Assembly (NCBI GenBank): GCA_965223295.1
Contig: CBDCWC010000003.1
Coordinates: 352,001-416,000 of the forward strand
From: Nitrospirales bacterium
GTDB taxonomy: Bacteria; Nitrospirota; Nitrospiria; Nitrospirales; UBA8639
DNA length: 64,000 bases
Direction of reading: 5' to 3'
How positions within the stretch are numbered: the stretch's first letter is position 1; the number at the start of each line of letters is the position of its first letter. The notes beneath the pieces were generated by a model. It made no database searches. It saw nothing but the letters and a program-made list of their open reading frames with translations, and had not been told where the DNA came from. Of the stretch, positions 1 through 10,631 are shown piece after piece. The position numbers and the translations under genes were made by a program.

Positions 1-386
1 TCTAACAACGTACATAGCTCAACAGATAGTGGCCCATGTTTTCGTAAGTTAGAAACCAAGAAGTCTGCCGTAAGACCTGAATCAACGATATCTTCTATCA
101 GCAAGACATGCCTATCAGAAATCTTCTCGGTCAATTCCGTCCATAATTTGACCATTTTTGGTGGATGCCCAACTTTCTGTGTGCCTTTGGCAATGAGAAA
201 ATCAATATGGATGGGCAATTGAATAACTCGAACCAAATCGGCGAAAAAGACATAGGCCCCTTTGAGAACCCCCACCACAACGAGATCTTTGCCCTGATAA
301 TCTTGCGAAATCTGGTGTCCTAATTCCTGAATACGCGTACACATGGCTTCCTGGGTCACAAAGGGTTTTCCAAAAATTTCCGGCAT
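1..386 (-). CDS. hpt: Hypoxanthine phosphoribosyltransferase (runs off window edge)
   Basis: Manual translation from ATG 386: MPEIFGKPFVTQEAM...VVGVLKGAYVFFADL...VLLIEDIVDSGLT (PRPP-binding motif); follows tilS. Confidence 0.9.
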   Translation of the reverse strand, partial: MPEIFGKPFVTQEAMCTRIQELGHQISQDYQGKDLVVVGVLKGAYVFFADLVRVIQLPIHIDFLIAKGTQKVGHPPKMVKLWTELTEKISDRHVLLIEDIVDSGLTADFLVSNLRKHGPLSVELCTLL

Positions 387-398
387 CAAATAATCCGC

Positions 399-1826
399 TC
401 AGTCGTCAATGGTCGCAACAACAATTGATGATGTTGCGGATGTCACTCGAAACCGTTCATCCGCTCGCAAACCCCCAACCCAAAGAATACCTTCTGGGGC
501 AACCAACAACGGTACTTTTTTGCGTTGCGAACGGGGGAGCTTAATATCCGAAAAAAAATCTTGGAGCTTCTTCCTCTTCCCACCCATGCCTGTCGGGCAA
601 AAGACATCTCCTGGCTTATAGTTACGGAGAGTCAATTTAGGGGTAAACGTGTCAACATCAAGACGCAGCGACAACTTCTGTGGGTGGCTAGAAGTTTTTA
701 AATCCTGTTTCAAGGAAACAGCCATCGATTGACCTGTCAACGGCCACGCAGCGGCTCCTGGAATCTCGAGGTCGACTTCTGTCGATAGATCATTATCCAT
801 CTGATGCGTCCCAACTTCTTTGATTTGAGAAAAAATGAGTCGATCATATTCCTGAGTCACCTGAACGTTCTTCGTAGCCAAGGTCCAGCCAGATTGCCGA
901 TGCTGCAAGCAAGAGAGCAACTCTTGAACGATATCAAAGCGAGGCCCTTGGGTATGTCCCATGATCTCCTGAAAACTCTGGCGAACCACGCGCCGTCGAA
1001 TCGATACTGGCAATGTCAGTAATCCGGTTCGTGTTAACGTAATTGTTCCCACACCTTGAGCTAAGATGTTTTTTTGAAACGCTTCGGCTGCGACTTCTTC
1101 AAGATACGCATGGTCCTCAGAAAGAATCTCAGCTTGCCGCGCCAGGACCTTTACGATTCCAGGCGAGATATCTTTGAGTTGAGGCAGCAGGTCCTGACGA
1201 AGACGATTTCGGAAATATACGGGCTGGCTATTTGAAGAGTCGATTCGCCATTTCAACTTCTGTTTCTTCAAATAGGACATAATGTCACTCCGGGGAATAC
1301 CAAGAAGTGGACGAACAATGCGTTCTCCCCGTCTCATGGGGATACCACTCAACCCTCCAGTGCCACTGCCCCGGAGCATCCACATCACAACAGTTTCGGC
1401 TTGATCATCAGCAGTATGCCCAGTCACAATTTTTGTGGCACGACGCTCTTCGAAAATATTCACCAGTGCTTGATACCGAACCTCCCTCGCATATGCTTGG
1501 AAGGACTGTTTAGAAAGTTTCGCATTCTGCTTATTGAGTGGAACCTCACAAATACTGACGGGGATACCAAAATGAGCCCCAAGCTCTTTCACAAAGACTG
1601 CGTCCTCTTCACTTTCACGTCCCCGAAGGCCATGGTTGACATGCCCAATACTAAGAGCCCAATTCCATCGTGCTGACAAGGCCGTTAAGCAAGCCAACAG
1701 AGCAACGGAATCTGGTCCTCCAGATACCGCCACTACAAGATGCTCACCCGCACTCAAGAGGTCACGGGTCTTGATCATTTGATGGACTCTTTCTTCCATT
1801 TTTAACAGAGGAGTTAACTTGCCCAT
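399..1826 (-). CDS. tilS: tRNA(Ile)-lysidine synthetase
   Basis: AVSGGPDS PP-loop, HVNHGLRG, GHTADDQAET, RNRLR motifs. Confidence 0.95.
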   Translation of the reverse strand: MGKLTPLLKMEERVHQMIKTRDLLSAGEHLVVAVSGGPDSVALLACLTALSARWNWALSIGHVNHGLRGRESEEDAVFVKELGAHFGIPVSICEVPLNKQNAKLSKQSFQAYAREVRYQALVNIFEERRATKIVTGHTADDQAETVVMWMLRGSGTGGLSGIPMRRGERIVRPLLGIPRSDIMSYLKKQKLKWRIDSSNSQPVYFRNRLRQDLLPQLKDISPGIVKVLARQAEILSEDHAYLEEVAAEAFQKNILAQGVGTITLTRTGLLTLPVSIRRRVVRQSFQEIMGHTQGPRFDIVQELLSCLQHRQSGWTLATKNVQVTQEYDRLIFSQIKEVGTHQMDNDLSTEVDLEIPGAAAWPLTGQSMAVSLKQDLKTSSHPQKLSLRLDVDTFTPKLTLRNYKPGDVFCPTGMGGKRKKLQDFFSDIKLPRSQRKKVPLLVAPEGILWVGGLRADERFRVTSATSSIVVATIDD

Positions 1827-1839
1827 TTTGCGACTATCA

Positions 1840-2787
1840 TCAGATATGTGCGGAATTGTCTTGGTACTTCTTTAAAATTTCTCTGGCCTGGATTCCATCT
1901 TGATCCATTTGCTTCAGCAAATCTCTGACGCTAGGAAAAGTCTTATCTTCCCTGATCTGCTCAATAAATAGGACCGACAGAATTTTGCCGTACAATTGCG
2001 GCATTTGATCAAAAATGTGGACCTCTAAGAAACGTTCCCCTTCTTGAAATGTAGGCCGCGTGCCAATATACGCTACAGAAGGAAAAAGGACGCCATCAAC
2101 CTCAGCCAACGTGGCATAGATGCCATCGGCAGGATGCACACGGTGAGAGGGAATACGAATGTTGGCCGTCGGCCACCCTATTTCACGTCCACGCTTTTCT
2201 CCCTCAACCACCGGACCTGCTAGCCGATAGGGCCGGCCCAAGCATGCCCGCCCATCCACCACATTGCCGGAGGTCACCCCCTTTCTAATACGGGTGGAGC
2301 TCACCACGTCACCGTTCAACATCACAGGCTCCACAGGTTGAACCTCAAAATGAGCCTGTTCCCCTAACCGTACTAAATCTTGGATCGTCCCATTGCGTTC
2401 TTTTCCAAAAACAAAGTTTTCACCAACCAGTAATTGTCGAACTCCCAATCCATCATGTAAGACCTGCTGCACAAATAGATCCGGCGTAAGCCTGGCCAAC
2501 TCGAGGGTAAAAGGAAGCATGATCAGCTCAGCGATCCCCAATTGCTTAAAAAAATGGCACTTGTCTTGGGGGTCAGATAAGAACTTAGGATGGGTCCCTG
2601 GTCGCAAGACTTCGATAGGGTGCGGATCAAACGTCAGCACCATGGGAACACCATGATGACGCCGGGCTTGTTCAATGACCGCGTCGATTAAGGCACGATG
2701 GCCGATGTGCGGACCATCGAAATTTCCAATGGTCAAGACAGGGAACGTAGCAAGCGGGGCTGACGGCAAACCTCTTGTAATATTCAT
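1840..2787 (-). CDS. ribF: Bifunctional riboflavin kinase/FAD synthetase
   Basis: [33 protein letters not shown] motifs. Confidence 0.95.
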   Translation of the reverse strand: MNITRGLPSAPLATFPVLTIGNFDGPHIGHRALIDAVIEQARRHHGVPMVLTFDPHPIEVLRPGTHPKFLSDPQDKCHFFKQLGIAELIMLPFTLELARLTPDLFVQQVLHDGLGVRQLLVGENFVFGKERNGTIQDLVRLGEQAHFEVQPVEPVMLNGDVVSSTRIRKGVTSGNVVDGRACLGRPYRLAGPVVEGEKRGREIGWPTANIRIPSHRVHPADGIYATLAEVDGVLFPSVAYIGTRPTFQEGERFLEVHIFDQMPQLYGKILSVLFIEQIREDKTFPSVRDLLKQMDQDGIQAREILKKYQDNSAHI

Positions 2788-3767
2788 AGGTCATGTTGAT
2801 TGAGAAGCTGAGCAGCTTCCTTCGCAAAATACGTGAGGATAAGATCCGCTCCTGCACGTTTAATGGAGAGGAGGCTTTCCATCATGACCGAAGATTCATC
2901 AATCCAGTTTTGCTGGGCAGCTGCTTTAATCATGCTGTACTCACCACTGACCTGATAGGCTGCCACTGGCACACAAGCCATTTCACGCACCTGCTGAAGA
3001 ATATCCAAATACAGTAGAGCAGGCTTCACCATCACAATATCAGCCCCTTCGTCCATATCTAATTGGACTTCCCTTATCGCTTCCCGGGCATTCGCCGCAT
3101 CCATCTGATACGAACGCCGATCACCAAAAGACGGGCAAGAAAACGCTGCGTCACGGAATGGAGCGTATAAGGCCGACGCAAATTTTGCGGAATAAGACAT
3201 GATCGGCATATCCACAAAACCCTGCTGATCTAACGCCCCACGAAGAGCTTGAACTCGTCCATCCATCATATCCGATGGCGCGACCATATCAACTCCTGCC
3301 TCAGCATGACTTAGCGCCATGGCTTGCAGACACTCCAAAGTCTCATCGTTCAGAATGCGGCCATCCCGGACAATACCGCAATGGCCATGGGAAGTGTATT
3401 CATCAATACAGACATCAGTAATGACCATTAAATCAGGGAGATGATTCTTCAGCTCGCGAATCGCACACTGCACCACGCCATCTTTGTCCAACGCGGAAGT
3501 TCCCCGTTCATCTTTGTGCTCCGGAATCCCAAAGAGAATGACTGCTGGCACACCAAGATCCCAAACCTCTCGAGATTTTTGAATCAGTTGATCTACGGAC
3601 CAGCGAAATTGGCCCGGCATGGAAACAATCGGTTCTTGTTTATTTTTCCCAAACGTGACAAACAGAGGGAAAATCAAGTCAGCAGGGGTCAATCGGGTTT
3701 CCTGCACCATGCGCCTCAAAGAAGCATGTTGGCGAAGCCGCCGCATTCGATGAATTGGAAATCCCAT
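2784..3767 (-). CDS. hemB: Porphobilinogen synthase
   Basis: [37 protein letters not shown]. Confidence 0.97.
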   Translation of the reverse strand: MGFPIHRMRRLRQHASLRRMVQETRLTPADLIFPLFVTFGKNKQEPIVSMPGQFRWSVDQLIQKSREVWDLGVPAVILFGIPEHKDERGTSALDKDGVVQCAIRELKNHLPDLMVITDVCIDEYTSHGHCGIVRDGRILNDETLECLQAMALSHAEAGVDMVAPSDMMDGRVQALRGALDQQGFVDMPIMSYSAKFASALYAPFRDAAFSCPSFGDRRSYQMDAANAREAIREVQLDMDEGADIVMVKPALLYLDILQQVREMACVPVAAYQVSGEYSMIKAAAQQNWIDESSVMMESLLSIKRAGADLILTYFAKEAAQLLNQHDL

Positions 3768-3881
3768 TTCTGCTCCTACTTGTACTCTAGTGGCTTATCT
3801 CAGATGCATTGCTCTCAATACGCATGATTCCATCATGCAGACATAAAATACCGCTAATCATGGAATCTGAAATTGTGGATG

Positions 3882-4274
3882 TTATTTTCGAGGAAGATTG
3901 GTTAAAAAAACGACAAGGTCTCGAACGGAAATCATCCCGACCATCGCTCCGTCTTTAGTAATCCCCAAATGCCGAATATGTTGTTGGGCCATTAAATCAT
4001 TGGCATCCAACAGCGTCCGATTTCCTTCAATGGATGCAATGGGAGCAGACATGATCTGTTCAACCGTTGTCGTCCGAGGATCAGATCCGGCTGCAACAAC
4101 TCGCCGGACTAAATCCGTATCCGTCACAATCCCAATAATTTCACCGCCACTCATGACAAAGATACTGCCAATCCCGCTGTCGCGCATCATTTCCGCAGCA
4201 GTTTTAACCGACACATCCCGGTCAACTTTGACAATTTTTTCTATTGGGACCATACATGACTTGACTGGAACCAT
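3882..4274 (-). CDS. Tandem CBS-domain protein
   Basis: GIVTDTDLV and GMISVRDLV CBS motifs; GGAG RBS. Confidence 0.9.
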   Translation of the reverse strand: MVPVKSCMVPIEKIVKVDRDVSVKTAAEMMRDSGIGSIFVMSGGEIIGIVTDTDLVRRVVAAGSDPRTTTVEQIMSAPIASIEGNRTLLDANDLMAQQHIRHLGITKDGAMVGMISVRDLVVFLTNLPRK

Positions 4275-4310
4275 GGCTCTACTCCTCCCATCAATCGGTT
4301 AACAAGACAT

Positions 4311-4452
4311 GGGCACCTCTAAAAACTGTCCTTTTCCCTGATGGCGACGTCAGCGTCGTGCTCAAATCCTCATGTATTCCCATTATACACTCCGGTTCTC
4401 CGCGCGCCGCTTCCTTGCCTTCAGAAAAAATCATCAGTTTTTAGAGGTGCCC
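4311..4452. mobile_element. 142-bp MITE-like element
   Basis: Perfect terminal inverted repeats GGGCACCTCTAAAAACTG / CAGTTTTTAGAGGTGCCC, flanked on both sides by ACAT. Confidence 0.75.
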
Positions 4453-4495
4453 ACATGATGCTGACAGAGTCGTCTACGATTCTTCATGACCATTC

Positions 4496-6055
4496 TCATG
4501 ATAAGTGCGCAGGACGAGAACTCTGCCTGGCATGCGCCACAATAGCATCAACCAACGCCGGCACGGTATTTTTCTGTGCCACAATATCAACTGGCAAGCC
4601 TACATCTCGAACTGTTTGGGCCGTAATCGGGCCTATGCATGCAACCACCGCATCCTGAATCAACGTCCGAACCGCCTGATGATTGCCAAACAACTGACAA
4701 AAGTTTTTCACCGTCGATGAACTGGTAAAGGTCAGATACTGAATATCTCGATTATGGAAACGGTCAAAAATTGGCTCCCGTTCCGCTTCAGGTGGCACAG
4801 CCTGATATCCATGCACCACTCGAACATCCGCACCCATCTCCGCCAATTGTTCTGGAAGAATCTCACGAGCAATTGTCGCTCGAGGAATCAATATTCTTTT
4901 TCCTTTGATATCTGATTTTCCTAAACCTTCCAAAATTCCTTCAGCTTGAAATTCTTTGGGAATGAGGTCAGCCACAAGTCCCCAATGGCTCGCTTCTTCG
5001 GCCGTCCGAGGCCCAATGCAACAAAGTTTTGCATTCGCAAAACTTCGGGCATCTTTTTGACGAAATCTCACACGCTGCATAAATGATTGGACGCCATTCA
5101 CACTCGTAAAAATTACCCAATCGTAAGTGGAAAGTTGATCGATCGCCTCATCAACTGGACGCCAGCTCTCAGGGGGACAAATTTCCAATGTGGGACATTC
5201 AATAGGCTCAGCCCCATGCGCAGCCAACAAATTTGACAGAGCCGGTGCTTGTGCACGTGGTCGTGTAACTAACACGCCTTTTCCGAATAACGGTTGTATT
5301 TCGCACCAATTGAGACGGTCACGTAATCGGACAACCTCCCCTACAACAATCACCGTTGGCGGACTAAGATCAGCTTTTCTGACTTGTTCCACAATATCCC
5401 CTAACGTCCCAACAACCGTTTTCTGACGAGCATAGGTGCCCCATCGAATAGCAGCAATAGGCGTTGTCGCAGACTTTCCCTGCTCAAGTAACTGATCCAC
5501 GATATGCGGAAGATTCTTGGTGCCCATTAAAAACACAAGCGTCCCTTCGGCAGATGCAAGACGAGGCCATTCCATGGCGCTTGAGGATTTCGTCGGATCT
5601 TCGTGACCTGCCACAAAGGCTACAGTCGACGCGAAAGTTCTGTGGGTCACCGGAATTCCTGCATAAGCTGGAACTGCAACAGCAGCCGTGACTCCAGGAA
5701 CGACCGTAAATGGAATTCCAGCCTCAGCCATAGCTTCAGCTTCTTCACCGCCCCGCCCAAATACGAATGGATCCCCGCCCTTCAACCGCACGACGCAACG
5801 ACCGTCTTGAGCCTTAGTCACCAGTAACTGGTTAATGTCAGCTTGGTCTCGATAGGACCCGCGTCCTTTCCGGCCAACATATATCCGCTCGGCTTGGGTT
5901 GGTGCATGTTTTAATATTTCTGGATTGGCTAAATGGTCATACAGCACCACATCGGCCATCTCTAGACATTCTCGTCCACGCAACGTTAGGAGTTTGGCAT
6001 CGCCTGGACCTGCCCCCACAAGATAGACCTGCCCGAGAGTTTGAGAAATTGCCAT
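4496..6055 (-). CDS. cobA: Uroporphyrinogen-III C-methyltransferase/synthase fusion (CobA-HemD)
   Basis: VYLVGAGPGD, RLKGGDPFVFGRGGEE, then HemD half (VLVTRP, FTSVNGV, CIGP); start moved to ATG 6055 next to hemC stop. Confidence 0.93.
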   Translation of the reverse strand: MAISQTLGQVYLVGAGPGDAKLLTLRGRECLEMADVVLYDHLANPEILKHAPTQAERIYVGRKGRGSYRDQADINQLLVTKAQDGRCVVRLKGGDPFVFGRGGEEAEAMAEAGIPFTVVPGVTAAVAVPAYAGIPVTHRTFASTVAFVAGHEDPTKSSSAMEWPRLASAEGTLVFLMGTKNLPHIVDQLLEQGKSATTPIAAIRWGTYARQKTVVGTLGDIVEQVRKADLSPPTVIVVGEVVRLRDRLNWCEIQPLFGKGVLVTRPRAQAPALSNLLAAHGAEPIECPTLEICPPESWRPVDEAIDQLSTYDWVIFTSVNGVQSFMQRVRFRQKDARSFANAKLCCIGPRTAEEASHWGLVADLIPKEFQAEGILEGLGKSDIKGKRILIPRATIAREILPEQLAEMGADVRVVHGYQAVPPEAEREPIFDRFHNRDIQYLTFTSSSTVKNFCQLFGNHQAVRTLIQDAVVACIGPITAQTVRDVGLPVDIVAQKNTVPALVDAIVAHARQSSRPAHLS

Positions 6056-6056
6056 G

Positions 6057-7004
6057 TCAGGCTGCACCATAAATTTCCTGAAGAATAGATTCTGCTCCAC
6101 GGCTTAATAGTTCTTCCGCGACATGTGTCCCAAGAGAATCAGCGTCATCCGGAGATCCTGTCTTTGAAATACGCACATATTGCTTACCATCTAAACTCGC
6201 CACTAAGCCATCTAATGTGAGGATCGCATCTTGAAGAGTAGCATGACCAGCAATTGGCACCTGGCATCCTCCTTCCAGACGTTTTAACAACGCACGCTCA
6301 GCCATTACGGTGATACGAGTTGGATGATGCTCAAGCTTCGCCACCAAGTTTTCGACAAAATCATCGTCTTCCCGGCCCTCAATTCCTAGAGCTCCCTGTC
6401 CAATTGCGGGGAGACTAACCATGACAGGGAGATATTCGGTAACATGTTCATCCCACCCCAAGCGCTTGAGCCCGGAGGCCGCCAGAACAATGGCATCGAA
6501 CTGCTCGTCTTTTAGCTTACGCAATCGGGTATCAACATTCCCTCGCAACATCTCAATCTTGAGATCTGGCCGCGCATGTAGCAATTGCGACTGCCGACGT
6601 AAGCTACTTGTTCCCACTCGTGCACCAACCGGCAATGCATCTAGGCTTTTTACTTCACGAGCAATCAACGCATCCCTGGGATCTTCTCGTTCAGGGATAC
6701 AATTAATATGCAAGCCACTGGGCAGCTCAGCGGGCACATCTTTCATGCTATGGACGGCTAGATCAATATCTTTTCGCAACAACGCTTCTTCAATTTCCTT
6801 CACAAACAGTCCTTTACCGCCAACTTTGGCCAAAGGCACATCCTGAATTTTATCTCCGCTTGTCTGAATTCGCTTAAGAACAATTGAGAGATCCGGAGCA
6901 ATGAGTTTGAGCTGACGTTGCACCCATTCAGCCTGCCAAAGAGCCAACTGACTACTGCGGGTTCCAATAACAAGGGTGGAACGTGCGTCCGTAGCCAAAC
7001 TCAC
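6057..7004 (-). CDS. hemC: Hydroxymethylbilane synthase
   Basis: IGTRSSQLALWQA, GKGLFVKEIE, VHSMKD, GTSSLRR, GGCQVP. Confidence 0.97.
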   Translation of the reverse strand: MSLATDARSTLVIGTRSSQLALWQAEWVQRQLKLIAPDLSIVLKRIQTSGDKIQDVPLAKVGGKGLFVKEIEEALLRKDIDLAVHSMKDVPAELPSGLHINCIPEREDPRDALIAREVKSLDALPVGARVGTSSLRRQSQLLHARPDLKIEMLRGNVDTRLRKLKDEQFDAIVLAASGLKRLGWDEHVTEYLPVMVSLPAIGQGALGIEGREDDDFVENLVAKLEHHPTRITVMAERALLKRLEGGCQVPIAGHATLQDAILTLDGLVASLDGKQYVRISKTGSPDDADSLGTHVAEELLSRGAESILQEIYGAA

Positions 7005-8359
7005 AGCACATCTTTCCGAGATAGTGAGCTTTCCGGAGCCTCATCGTGCTTCTCAGGCTCTATGGACTGAGACTCTATCGAATGCAGTTCTCGTTCCCGA
7101 AGCTCGAAAAACCGCCTGGCCGCTTCAATGAAAGCAAATCCATTTTGTGACTGGGCTTCCGCTTTTAATGTCACCAATGGCCCATGAAGCAGCTTATTCA
7201 CAATCGCCGATGCCAACCCTTCGATGGCCACACGGTCTTTTTCACAGACATCGCCTAACCGACTATAGGCTTTTTCTAATTCACTATTCTTAATATCTTC
7301 CGCTTTTTTCCTGAGGGCGACAATTGTGGGCGTCGCCTCTAACCCTCGAACCCAGGCCACCATACTTTCCACTTCTTCTTTCACTAATTTTTCAGCCATC
7401 TCAGCTTCTTTCAACCGTTCACCTTGATTCTGTCCCACATGAGCTTTCAGGTCATCAATGTCAAAGACAAAAGCGTTATCCACATCCTTCACCGCAGGAT
7501 CGATATTTCTAGGTACACTGATATCAATCAAAAAGATAGGCCGATTCATTCGTTGTTGAACCGCTCCCTCAACATCTGATTGAGAAATGACAAAGTGAGG
7601 CGCTCCCGTTGCACAAATCACAATGTCGGCTTTCGGTAAGGTACTACGAAGTTGTTCATAGGGAACGGCATGCCCTTGAAAACGCTCGGCCAACGTCAAC
7701 GCTCGGTGTTGGTTACGCGTCGTCAATAACACTTCCTTGACGCCATGATTCACCAAATGTTGAGCGGCCAGTTTTCCCATTTCCCCCGCTCCAACCAATA
7801 GCACCACCCGTTCCTGAAGATTAGAAAAAACTTTCTTGGCTAACTCGACTGCGGCATAACTGATAGAGACCGCATATTCACCAATCCGAGTATTCGTTCG
7901 GACATTCTTCCCAACGGAAATAGCTTTCTTGACAACTTTATTAAGAATGACCCCAGAGGAACGATGCGTTAGCGCACACTCATAGGCTTCCTTCACCTGC
8001 CCAAGAATTTGGGGTTCACCCACGACCATGGAATCTAAACTGGCCGACACTCGAAAGAGATGCGCGATTGCTTCATCATCACTGTAGCGGTATAAATGCG
8101 GCAACAAATCTTGAGATGATAGAGACAAATGCGTCGAGACGAGAAAATCTTCCAGCTTTCGAAATCCCCATTCGCCTTTTTCAACAACGGCATAGACCTC
8201 AACCCGGTTACAGGTACCTAAATACATGGCCTCCTTCACTCCGGGATACGCCCGCAACCGACCTAACGCTTCCCCCATACGACTATCGGGAATCGACAAC
8301 AATTCTCGAAGTTCCACCGGGGCTGTTCGGTGACTGAGTCCTAATGCGATGATATTCAT
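7001..8359 (-). CDS. hemA: Glutamyl-tRNA reductase
   Basis: GLSHRTAP, TCNRVE, GEPQILGQ, GAGEMG, DISVPRNID; likely start ATG 8359 overlapping the ccsA stop. Confidence 0.95.
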   Translation of the reverse strand: MNIIALGLSHRTAPVELRELLSIPDSRMGEALGRLRAYPGVKEAMYLGTCNRVEVYAVVEKGEWGFRKLEDFLVSTHLSLSSQDLLPHLYRYSDDEAIAHLFRVSASLDSMVVGEPQILGQVKEAYECALTHRSSGVILNKVVKKAISVGKNVRTNTRIGEYAVSISYAAVELAKKVFSNLQERVVLLVGAGEMGKLAAQHLVNHGVKEVLLTTRNQHRALTLAERFQGHAVPYEQLRSTLPKADIVICATGAPHFVISQSDVEGAVQQRMNRPIFLIDISVPRNIDPAVKDVDNAFVFDIDDLKAHVGQNQGERLKEAEMAEKLVKEEVESMVAWVRGLEATPTIVALRKKAEDIKNSELEKAYSRLGDVCEKDRVAIEGLASAIVNKLLHGPLVTLKAEAQSQNGFAFIEAARRFFELRERELHSIESQSIEPEKHDEAPESSLSRKDVL

Positions 8360-9165
8360 AAATGTGCAATGCCTTGAGGACTTTTTAAGAGAATCCCCAC
8401 AAACGTTAGGATCACCCCTGCAAACCCGACAATGGTCAAATAGGCGGCCCGTTTTGCTCGCCAACCCGCAGTGACCCTTCCCATGAGCACCACAAAATAA
8501 AAGACCCAGGTAATCAGGGCCCACACTTGCTCAGGATTCCAACTCAGATACGAACCAATGGTTAACTGAGCAGAAACCGCTCCTGTCAAAATTCCTAACG
8601 TTAAGAGAGGAAATCCGAAAAGAATAGAACGTTGATTGAGCATATCCAAAAAATCCAAGGGCGGGAGTTTGAAATTTAAGACATTAAATTGCTTAGATTT
8701 CAACAAGTGTTCCTGCATCAGATACATCAACCCAGCCACAAATGCCACAGCAAATCCGATAGTGCCAAGGATGCTTAAAGTGACATGAACCCAAACTGCT
8801 TGAAACACAGGAACCACCGTCCCAGCCTCCACTGGAGCCAATGTCGCAGAGACCATTGAGAGGAAGGCCAGAGGAAGTATAAAGGCCCCTAATACCTGCA
8901 ACCCACGTTTTAATCCAACTACCAAAAAGACCAAAACTAACCCCCAGGCAAAAAAGGACATGGCCCCCCGAAAAGTCATGATCGGCACCTGTCCCATCGC
9001 CACCATGGCTAAACCCAAGGCAACCGTGTGGGCCAAAAACCCTGCACCCGCCACAACAACAGACACTCGAGACAGCCCTTCCGAGCGATGAAGAAGGAAT
9101 GCAAGAAAAAGCAGCGTTCCTACAAAATACAGGCCCATTGTCAGAAAGGACAATGTTTCAGACAT
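8356..9165 (-). CDS. ccsA: Cytochrome c biogenesis/haem export membrane protein (CcsA/HemX family)
   Basis: Multiple hydrophobic segments, conserved His (WVHV), W-rich WNPEQVWALITW motif; upstream of hemA. Confidence 0.8.
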   Translation of the reverse strand: MSETLSFLTMGLYFVGTLLFLAFLLHRSEGLSRVSVVVAGAGFLAHTVALGLAMVAMGQVPIMTFRGAMSFFAWGLVLVFLVVGLKRGLQVLGAFILPLAFLSMVSATLAPVEAGTVVPVFQAVWVHVTLSILGTIGFAVAFVAGLMYLMQEHLLKSKQFNVLNFKLPPLDFLDMLNQRSILFGFPLLTLGILTGAVSAQLTIGSYLSWNPEQVWALITWVFYFVVLMGRVTAGWRAKRAAYLTIVGFAGVILTFVGILLKSPQGIAHL

Positions 9166-9367
9166 AGGATCCCCTCTCACTCAGACAGGTAAAAATACCC
9201 AAAATCGAGTATAGATCTGCTTCCAGAGAAGGTCAAGAAAATCAACAGGTTACTAGAGGGTACACGGAATGATAGGCATGCAATCTTTCCTAGACAATCT
9301 CCCACTGACGCAGTACCATGCCAAACTTTTTACAACTCCTAAAATCTCACAATTTGAGTCATCCATA

Positions 9368-10105
9368 ATGAGCGGCCAACTCTACATCGTCAGTACACCA
9401 ATTGGAAATTTGGAGGACATGTCATTCCGAGCAATACGAATTCTCAAAGAAGTGAGTGTTATCGCTGCAGAAGATACCCGCAGAACCCAAAAACTCTGTA
9501 ACTACTATCAAATCAGGACGCCGCTCACAAGCTACCATGATTTCAATAAAGAGGAAAAGACCGATATCCTGTTACATAGACTGCAAGAAGGTAGTCCAAT
9601 TGCCTTAGTGTGTGATTCTGGCACTCCATTGGTTTCTGACCCTGGATACTATCTAGTCAGTCGAGCGGTGAAAGCCAATATTCCCCTTGTTCCCATTCCT
9701 GGCCCCTCGTCCGTATTCGCCGCACTGTGCGTTTCTGGCCTCCCGACTGATCGATTTATCTTTGAAGGATTTGTGCCTAGAAAGTCAGGCGCACGAGAAA
9801 AGTTCTTTGAACAGCTTCAGAAAGAAATGGGAACAATTATCGTCTTTGAAACTCAACATCGAATCATTAAAACCTTACAGGCTATTCACAAGATGATGGG
9901 AAACCGTCAAATAGTCCTGACACGAGAACTGACAAAACTCAATGAGGAAATCATGCGCGGAGACGTGGAGGAAATATGCGCAATCTTAGGAAGGAAATCG
10001 ATTAAAGGAGAAATTACATTAGTCATTCAGGGCCTCCCTCAAAGAAAAACCAAACAAGGAACGTTCACCGATTCTAAGCGTCTTAAGAGTCCTCCTTTTG
10101 AATGA
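9368..10105 (+). CDS. rsmI: 16S rRNA C1402 2'-O-methyltransferase
   Basis: LYIVSTPIGNLEDM, AAEDTR, DSGTPLVSDPG, RELTK, KGE. Confidence 0.95.
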   Translation: MSGQLYIVSTPIGNLEDMSFRAIRILKEVSVIAAEDTRRTQKLCNYYQIRTPLTSYHDFNKEEKTDILLHRLQEGSPIALVCDSGTPLVSDPGYYLVSRAVKANIPLVPIPGPSSVFAALCVSGLPTDRFIFEGFVPRKSGAREKFFEQLQKEMGTIIVFETQHRIIKTLQAIHKMMGNRQIVLTRELTKLNEEIMRGDVEEICAILGRKSIKGEITLVIQGLPQRKTKQGTFTDSKRLKSPPFE

Positions 10106-10307
10106 CAATTCGATAATGGTCATCAACTTTTTCTTTGGAGACTACTTGATGGCCTTCATTCTTGAGACTTTGGGGAACATTGTGAATCGGCTCTCCTTCA
10201 TCTAACAACACGGCTAATTGTGATCCTATTGCTAAAGTATCCAACTTTAGTTTCGTTTTCACAAAATTGTATGGACAAATCACGCCACGTAAATCTAGTT
10301 CTTCCAT
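10083..10307 (-). CDS. TusA/SirA-family sulfur carrier
   Basis: LDLRGVICPYN motif, 74 aa. Confidence 0.88.
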   Translation of the reverse strand: MEELDLRGVICPYNFVKTKLKLDTLAIGSQLAVLLDEGEPIHNVPQSLKNEGHQVVSKEKVDDHYRIVIQKEDS

Positions 10308-10345
10308 CGTTCTCTTAACCTATTTCTCTTGCTTAGAACTATTTT

Positions 10346-10531
10346 GGGTCTGTTGAAAAAAGCCACCAGCAGCGTTCCGTGCCTTCGCCGAGCCTGCTTC
10401 GCCACAGTGGTTACGAAGGCTGAAAGCGAATTCGCGCAGGCGAGCGAACTTTTTCGAACCGACCCTACGCTGTTGATCGCCAAGGGCTTCCTGGCGAAAT
10501 ATGGCCTTTGTTATCTCCATTATTCAATACT
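10346..10531 (+). repeat. ~190-bp dispersed MITE-like repeat, family B (chimeric middle)
   Basis: Ends GGGTCTGTTGAAAAAAGCC and GATCGCCAAGGGC...ATTATTCAA shared with copies at 46662, 47742, 58002. Confidence 0.75.
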
Positions 10532-10561
10532 ATTATTTTCTTGAAAAATAAACGGCCCATA

Positions 10562-10603
10562 ACAAAAGAGCGTGCCGGTTATAAAACCGACACGCTCTTT
10601 TGT
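10562..10603. terminator. Intrinsic terminator, possibly bidirectional
   Basis: ACAAAAGAGCGTG-cggttataaaaccg-CACGCTCTTTTGT hairpin downstream of the 10632-11387 gene. Confidence 0.75.
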
Positions 10604-10631
10604 AAGGTCTAGCTAGAATAAAAGTTATAGC

